From Eledone cirrhosa (Eukaryota): DNA of 64,000 nucleotides. The notes under the pieces were generated by a model, which saw only the letters and a list, made by a program, of their open reading frames with translations, searched no databases and was not told the origin of the DNA. How positions within the stretch are numbered: position 1 is the stretch's first letter; each line of letters begins with the position of its first letter. Shown piece after piece: positions 57,001 through 64,000 of this stretch. The DNA is taken from the NCBI GenBank assembly GCA_964016885.1, contig OZ024743.1:18662001-18726000 (forward strand), written 5' to 3'. A program made the translations under genes and the position numbers.

Positions 57001-60000
57001 AAAATATATTTACTCCATTCCAGAAACTGATTAGTTGGAAGTGATTTTTTAGTAAGTAAGTTAATTTTATAATTTTCTTATTTTACGTCTTTCATATTAT
57101 TGTTGTGCAACCCCATGCATTGAACCACATTGTTAATATGACAAAACCCATATATTTGCTAGCATTGATATTCAGCTGTGTGTATATAAATGTTACTAGA
57201 TATAAATTCCTTATAATTATCTCCAATTCATTTGTCGAGCAATATTTGGCCATAACTGCTACTATGGTAGTAAGCTGGCCGCTGTCTTAATAACCACTCG
57301 CTTTCCACTGATTGACCTCGATGTCACGTGATTGATTCTTTTTGAATTTGCTCCGGACGTAGAGGCAGTGATTTTCTCAATGGCTTGGAATCCAGTCCAC
57401 GCATCGCTATTTCCATTCCACTGAATTATTTTTTTAATAGGTTTCCAGTGTCCTCGCCATGCCTGGAGACATATACGGAAAAAGAATTTCCTTCGGACGG
57501 AAAGATTTTCTATATGTTTCTTCGGAAAATATATTTAATCCATTCCAGAAACTAATTAGTTGGAAATGATTTTTTAGTAAGTAAGTTAATTTTATAATTT
57601 TCTTATTTTACGTCTTTCATATTATTGTTCTGCAACCCCATGCATTGAACCACATTGTTAATAAAACAAAACTTATATATTTGCTAGCATTGATATGCAT
57701 CTGTGTGTATATAAATGTTACTAGATATAAATTCCTTATAATTATCTCCAATTCATTTGTCGAGCAATATTTGGCCATGACTGCTACTATGGTAGTAAGC
57801 TGGCCGCTGTCTTAATAACCACTCGCTTTCCACTGATTGACCTCGATGTAACGTGATTGATTGTTTTTAAATTTGCCGCGGACGTAGAGGCAGTGATTTT
57901 CTCAATGGCTTGGAATCCAGTCCACGCATCGCTATTTCCATTCCACTGAATTATTTTTTTAATAAGTTCCCAGTGTCCTCGCTATGCCTGGCGACCTATA
58001 CGTAAAAAGACTTTCCTGATGACGGAATGATTTTCGATATGTTTCTTCGGAAAATATATTTACTCCATTCCAGAAACTAATTAGTTGGAAGTGATTTTTT
58101 AGTAAGTAAGTTAATTTTATAATTTTCTTATCTTACGTCTCTCATATTATTGTTCTGCAACCCCATGCATTGAACCACATTGTTAATAAGACAAAACCTA
58201 TATATTTGCTAGCATTGATATGCATGTGTGTGTATATAAATGTTACTAGATATAAATTCCTTATAATTATCTCCAATTCATTTGTCGAGCAATATTTGGC
58301 TATGACTGCTACTATGGTAGTAAGCTGGCCGCTGTCTTAATAACCACTCGCTTTCCACTGATTGACCTCGATGTCACGTGATTGATTCTTTTTGAATTTG
58401 CTCCGGACGTAGAGGCAGTGATTTTCTCAATGGCTTGGAATCCAGTCCACGCATCGCTATTTCCATTCCACTGAATTATTTTTTAATATGTTTCCAGTGT
58501 CCTTGCTATGCCTGGAGACCTATACGGGAAAAGAGTTTACTGATGACGGAAAGATTTTCTATATGTTTCTTCGGAAAATATATTTACTCCATTCCAGAAA
58601 CTAATTAGTTGGAAATGATTTTTAGTAAGTAAGTTAATTTTATAATTTTCTTATTTTACGTCTTTCATATTATTGTTCTGCAACCCCATGCATTGAACCA
58701 CATTGTTAATAAGAGAAAACTTATATATTTGCTAGCATTGATATGCATGTGTGTATATAAATGTCACTAGATATAAATTCCTTATAATTATCTCCAATTC
58801 ATTTGTCGAGCAATATTTGGCCATGACTGCTAGTATGGTAGTAAGCTGGCCGCTGTCTTAATAACCACTCGCTTTCCACTGATTGACCTCGATGTCACGT
58901 GATTGATTCTTTTTGAATTTGCCGCGGACGTAGAAGCAGTGATTTTCTCAATGGCTTGGAATCCAGTCCACGCATCGCTATTTCCATTCCACTGTATTAT
59001 TTTTTTTAGTAAGTTTCCAGTGTCCTCGCTATGCCTGGAGACCTATACGGAAAAATACTTTCCTGATAACGGAATGATTTTCGATATGTTTCTTCGGAAA
59101 ATATATTTACTCCATTCCAGAAACTAATTAGTTGGAAGTGATTTTTTAGTAAGTAAGTTAATTTTATAATTTTCTTATCTTACTTCTCTCATATTATTGT
59201 TCTGCAACCCCATGCATTGAGCCACATTGTTAATAAGACAAAACCTATATATTTGCTAGCATTGATATGCATCTGTGTGTATATAAATGTTACCAGATAT
59301 AAATTCCTTATAATTATCTCCAATTCATTTGTCGAGCAATATTTGGCCATGACTGCTACTATGGTAGTAAGCTGGCCGCTGTCTTAATAACCACTCGCTT
59401 TCCACCGATTGACCTCGATGTCATGTGATTGATTCTTTTTGAATTTGCTCCGGACGTAGAGGCAGTGATTTTCTCAATGGCTTGGAATCCAGTCCACGCA
59501 TCGCTATTTCCATTCCGCTGAATTATTTTTTGAATAAGTTTCCAGTGTCCTCGCTATACCTGGAGACCTATACGGGAAAATACTTTCCTGATGACGGAAA
59601 GATTTTCCGTATGTTTCTTCGGAAATTATATTTACTCCATTCCAGAATCTAATTAGTTGGAAGTGATTTCTTAGTAAGTAAGTTAATTTTATAATTTTCT
59701 TATTTTACGTCTTTCATATTATTGGTCTGCAACCCCATGCATTGAACCACATTGTTAATAAGACAAAACTTATATATTTGCTAGCATTGATATGCATCTG
59801 TGTGTATATAAATGTCACTAGATATAAATTCCTTATAATTATCTCCAATTCATTTGTCGAGCAATATTTGGCCATGACTGCTACTATGGTAGTAAGCTGG
59901 CCGCTGTCTTAATAACCACTCGCTTTCCACTGATTGACCTCGATGTCACGTGATTGATTCTTTTTGAATTTGCCGCGGACGTAGAGGCAGTGATTTTCTC

Positions 60001-60235
60001 AATGGCTTGGAATCCTGTCCACGCATCGCTATTTCCATTCCACTGAATTATTTTTTGTAATATGTTTCCAGTGTTCTCGCTATGCCTGGAGACCTATACG
60101 GAAAAAGACTTTCCTGATGACGGAATGATTTTCGATATGTTTCTTCGGAAAATATATTTACTCCATTCCAGAACCTAATTAGTTGGAAGTGATTTTTTCG
60201 TAAGTAAGTTAATTTTATAATATCCTTATTTTACG

Positions 60236-60241
<6 letters not shown>
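1..60241 (+). repeat. Tandem satellite array, ~524.5 bp monomer (521-527 bp length variants), ~115 copies, truncated by the left window edge
   Basis: The landmark tgctagcattgatatgca occurs at 1, 526 and 1053 and recurs head-to-tail to about 59.8 kb. Spacings in the ORF track are multiples of ~524 (523, 1048, 1573, 2099). Length classes come from small indels: ttctttgtttc (-2), tttttctgaa (+2), and gatatcttcgaaaaa or tttagtaagttaa (-4). Confidence 0.99.
323..418 (+). ncRNA. Putative type I hammerhead ribozyme (first copy; the motif recurs once per monomer and is degenerate in some)
   Basis: Stem I ACUUUC 329-334 / GGAAGU 406-411, extended by AAAAAU 323-328 / AUUUUU 413-418. Core CUGAUGA 335-341. 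Stem II GGAAUG 343-348 / CAUUCC 385-390. GAAA 392-395. Stem III ACU-AAUU-AGU 395-404. Cleavage triplet GUU 403-405. Atypical C342/A391 opposition at the base of stem II. Folded by eye only. Confidence 0.68.

Positions 60242-60319
<78 letters not shown>
60242..60319. repeat. (AT)39 microsatellite terminating the array
   Basis: Perfect AT run directly after the monomer sequence ...gtctctc. Confidence 0.98.
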
Positions 60320-60325
<6 letters not shown>

Positions 60326-60431
60326 CCTAAAATAAGAAAATTATAAAATTAACTTACTTACTAAAAAGTCACTCCCAACTAATTAGTTTCTGGAATGGAG
60401 TAAATATATTTCCCGAAGAAGATATAGAGAA
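60320..60431 (-). repeat. Inverted partial monomer (3' half of the hammerhead motif plus downstream AT-rich segment)
   Basis: The reverse complement reads ttctctatatcttcttcgggaaatatatttactccattccagaaactaattagttgggagtgactttttagtaagtaagttaattttataattttcttattttaggtctctc, which matches monomer positions ~350-462. Confidence 0.96.
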
Positions 60432-60435
60432 TATA

Positions 60436-61100
60436 TATAATTTTCTTAATTTACGTATCTCATATTATTGTTCTGCAACCCCATGCATTAAACCACAATG
60501 TTACTAAGACAAAACCTATATATTTGCTAGCATCGATATGCATCTGTATGTATATATATGTTACTAGATATTAATTCTTTCTAATTATCTCTAAATTATT
60601 TGTCGAGCAATATTGGCCATGACTGCTGCTATGGTAGTAGGCAGGCCGCTGTCTTATTAGCAAACCACTTTCCACTGATTGACCTCGATGTCACGTGATT
60701 GATTCTTTTTGAATTTTCCACAGACGCAGAGGCAGTGATTTTCTCAATGGCTAGGAATTCAGTCCACTCTTTGCTATTTCCTATCCACTCAATTATTTTT
60801 TAATAAGTTTCCAGAGTCCTCGCTTTGCCTGGAAACTTAGATGAGAATAGACTTCCCTGATGACGGAATGTTTCTCCATATCTTCTTCGGAAAATATATT
60901 TACTCCATTCCAGAAACTAATTAGTTGGAAGTGATATTTTAGTAAGTAAGTTAATTTTATAATTTTCTTATTTTACGCCTCTCATATTATTGTTCTGCAA
61001 CCCCATGCATTAAACCAGAATGTTACTAAGACAAAATCTATATATTTGCTAGCATCGATATGCATCTGTATGTATATATATGTTACTATATATTAATTCT

Positions 61101-61103
<3 letters not shown>
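60436..61103 (+). repeat. Diverged ~1.27-monomer copy of the satellite unit with ~145 bp terminal redundancy
   Basis: Collinear with the monomer, with about 50 differences per unit by manual count (~10%). Segments ~60436-60581 and ~60958-61103 share private variants (cattaaacc, ttactaag, catcgat, ctgtatg). Confidence 0.95.
60844..60940 (+). ncRNA. Putative type I hammerhead ribozyme in the diverged flanking copy
   Basis: Stem I ACUUCC 60851-60856 / GGAAGU 60927-60932 is fully Watson-Crick. CUGAUGA 60857-60863. Stem II GGAAUG 60865-60870 / CAUUCC 60906-60911. GAAA 60913-60916. GUU 60924-60926. Confidence 0.7.

Positions 61104-61157
<54 letters not shown>
61104..61157. repeat. (TA)27 microsatellite
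   Basis: Perfect TA run at the point where the diverged monomer stops. Confidence 0.97.
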
Positions 61158-61162
<5 letters not shown>

Positions 61163-61434
61163 TAGGTTATGCATGAAATGCTTAGGATTATCCTGAATGC
61201 AGTAATGGTTAATTACTACACTATATAGAGTCGACGGACGTTGAGGTGTTACTCAATGAGTTATAAAAGAACAGTTAAAGAAACTCGATTTCCGATTCCT
61301 CTGTATTCCGGAGTGTAGTAACTACTAAAGGGACATTTTAAAGCACTCGGAATAAACTACCTTTTTATGATGTCTACCTCTTTTATTAAACATTCTTTAT
61401 AAATATATATATCTATATATCAATATATATTTAT

Positions 61435-61436
<2 letters not shown>

Positions 61437-61496
<60 letters not shown>
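61437..61496. repeat. (AT)30 microsatellite with a degenerate TA-rich left flank
   Basis: Direct reading of the sequence. Confidence 0.97.
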
Positions 61497-61499
<3 letters not shown>

Positions 61500-62152
61500 A
61501 TACATTAACAGAGAAAGCGTCAAGCAATACTAGTACCGACTTCCGTCTCACCCAATAAACATTATGATATGCTAATATAATAGTATAATCCCAATTATAA
61601 ACGTATAATGGCAATTATACTTTTGGGGTGCTAACTATACGTATTTTGCGGTTAGCCAGTTGTATTATTTCATATGCGACAAAATTAAAGACATCCCTCT
61701 TTCCAAACGATCGTTTCATCATAAGTTTTCTACAAGTTGGGAAAATAATGTGTAGGTTATGTAGAAGCTTACACATAGTCCATAGGAATATATGCAGGTG
61801 GGCAATTATAAATCATCAGTAGATGCCCAACAATATCGATATAAAAAAAAACCTACCGATATTAACATTCAGCGATGGTTCCCGTCAATGTTCGAGTTAC
61901 CGCCAAATTTGAAATTCCAGCAGCCTCACAAAGAGAAATCTCACACCGTCACAAAACAGGAAGCGGAAGTCATCGAAAAACATAAAAAGTTAAAATAATA
62001 TGCACGCAGGTCAATTAATTATGTCAAGAATTGTAACCATGCGCTAAGAACTCAATTTTATATTATACAAATTAAATACATCCCTCTTTCCTAACGAGGT
62101 CTTTTTCTCCACTATTGGCCCTGTAGTTGATGAAAATGGCATATATCTATAC

Positions 62153-62265
<113 letters not shown>

Positions 62266-62730
62266 AGAAAATTGAGGTTGGTAATGGCACATGGAATATA
62301 TAAGAGACAGAATACTTTTTTGTGAAAAAACATATAATTTTATAAGGTAAGGAAATAATAAAGGGTATAAAAAATGACCGGTTTCGATGGGTCTGCAAGA
62401 GCCATCTTTTCAAATGCTGATTAATATTAAGAAAAATTAATAATACGAAGAGTTAAAATTTGAGATTTGAAAATTCAAGTATAACATTCATTGTCGGATT
62501 TCATAGTAGTTTTCATCTAGGTAGCAACAACAGGTTGACTGCTGTGTCCCTTTCTGGTAGTGAATGAGAAGTTATTTGGGGTGTGGGTTATTTTATAAAG
62601 GTCAGATTTAGCAATGGGCAACTGGCCAGCTGCTGGTCAGTGAGGGGGTGGAAGCAATATACATACACATATCTTCCTGTGGTGGGTAGGAGAGTGGAGC
62701 GTCATAGAAAGGGATTTAGTGCACTTACAC

Positions 62731-62802
62731 CTATATATATATACACATACCTTCATCCACACATACATACATATACATATACATACACATATACATATAT
62801 AG
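62731..62802. repeat. Degenerate TA/TACA/TATACA microsatellite
   Basis: tatatatatatacacatac...acatacatacatatacatatacatacacatatacatatatag. Confidence 0.8.
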
Positions 62803-63025
62803 AGATTACAATAATCAAAGTTCAGTTTAAGTCATTTATTTGCTTACAATTGTTTCCTCCAAACCGAGGGTTTGGATTCTTCGGTGCAACTTATTACTGA
62901 TCTATAACATACTTGACCTCCTTTTCAACCCAAGAGACACATAAAACATATGCGCACATTGATCAACAGTGGGGTGACATTCATCAAATGATATAGCATG
63001 GCAATCTACATATAAAGGTTACAGG

Positions 63026-63066
63026 ATAAAAATAAAATAAAAACAAGAATAAAAATAAAGATAAAC
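63026..63066. repeat. Degenerate (AAAAT)n A-rich low-complexity tract
   Basis: ataaaaataaaataaaaacaagaataaaaataaagataaa. Confidence 0.6.
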
Positions 63067-64000
63067 ATGAAGCGTTGGCAGTCTATGAAGATAAAGCAAG
63101 AGGAAAGTTTAGAGTAGTCAGTGTATGAAACAGTCTCACGTGTAGCATGCACACGTGTCTTATTTATACATGATTAGAGTGCGTCAGAATGATATTTGCA
63201 GGGTCAGGCAGTTGAAGCAGGCAATCGATCTTATTATATGGGCTGGATTATTAAGTCATTTATTCTCATACATCTGTATGATATACAGTCTCGGATGCAG
63301 GGAAACACCAAAATATCAAAAACTTTCCACATACTAAAGAACCTTATTGTATCGTAGGCAAAGCCGTACCACTGTCTTCGCTCACTCCACCACTCACATA
63401 ATCCATGAGACGCAATATATATAGAGAACACTTGTCTATCGTATAATTCGCGGTGGTTCAGCATATAATCAAGCTATAAACCGTATCCAGTCGGTTCTTA
63501 ATTAATAGATCGTGCTGTCCAGATTCCGGAAGTGTCTGAATGACTAAGGGGAATTAATGCGTAAGGGGAGGTAACTAGCTGGTTATCTTAGTTAAATTAC
63601 TATCCTAAACAGCATTAATGGTGATTCAAATACGTGCCTATCATATGAAGTTATAACTAATTTCTAGAGTATGTTACCCATTTTTAGGTTAGAGAGTTGT
63701 CCATTAAGAAGTACAAGGGTGTATATATTAGGACGACTACCATCCATTAAGGTGTGTCATACCTGAACGTTCTATAAGAGGAGTCAGACTCTCAAGTCAC
63801 TGTTCCATGCAAATGTAATATAACAGTAGGACCTGGTATGGTCCCACTATTATATATGCCACCCGGTAGGCTCCGGGTCATTGCATGTCTGAATCTCCAA
63901 TAAATCTTCGGTATGGTCCGGAGATCCAATTTCTCATATAAAGGCACTAGTCTGGCCATCAAGCAATAGACAACGCCCGTCTCATATAAATCAGTTAAGG

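Noticed and set aside
2331-59127. Recurrent 60-74 aa ORFs (MESSPRIAISIPLNYFF..., MNHVVNKTKP..., MESEWLLRQ..., MILFEFAAD...)
   Set aside because: They mostly use TTG/GTG starts in eukaryotic-looking DNA, exist only in monomers with particular frameshifting indels, and resemble no protein family I recognise. They are by-products of the repeat, useful only as subfamily markers.
1-60241. CRISPR array
   Set aside because: The whole ~525 bp unit is repeated; there are no unique spacers, short direct repeats or cas genes.
1-60241. Centromeric function or trinucleosome phasing (525 = 3 x 175)
   Set aside because: No internal ~175 bp subrepeat is visible, and function cannot be inferred without CENH3 ChIP or MNase data.
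61213-61321. 10-bp inverted repeat ttactacact / agtgtagtaa
   Set aside because: Too short, and without a target-site duplication, to call a MITE.

Overview
AT-rich eukaryotic DNA; the taxon cannot be determined from the sequence. Bases 1-60241 are a head-to-tail satellite array of about 115 near-identical monomers of 521-527 bp (mean about 524.5), continuing off the left edge of the window. The array contains nested 2-, 3-, 4- and 6-monomer duplications and one large duplicated block at an offset of about 29-35 kb. Main observation: the monomer carries, on the + strand, a type I hammerhead-ribozyme-like fold (stem I ACUUUC/GGAAGU, CUGAUGA core, stem II GGAAUG/CAUUCC enclosing a cUUCGg hairpin, GAAA, palindromic stem III, GUU cleavage triplet), decayed in some copies. 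A flanking copy about 10% diverged shows structure-preserving changes, including one compensatory pair. The array ends in a ~280 bp palindrome centred on (AT)39, followed by the diverged ~1.27-mer copy, more microsatellites and ~2.8 kb of unclassified non-coding flank. This suggests a satellite amplified from a retrozyme- or Penelope-like ribozyme element (inference). No credible protein-coding gene, rRNA, tRNA or CRISPR array was found.
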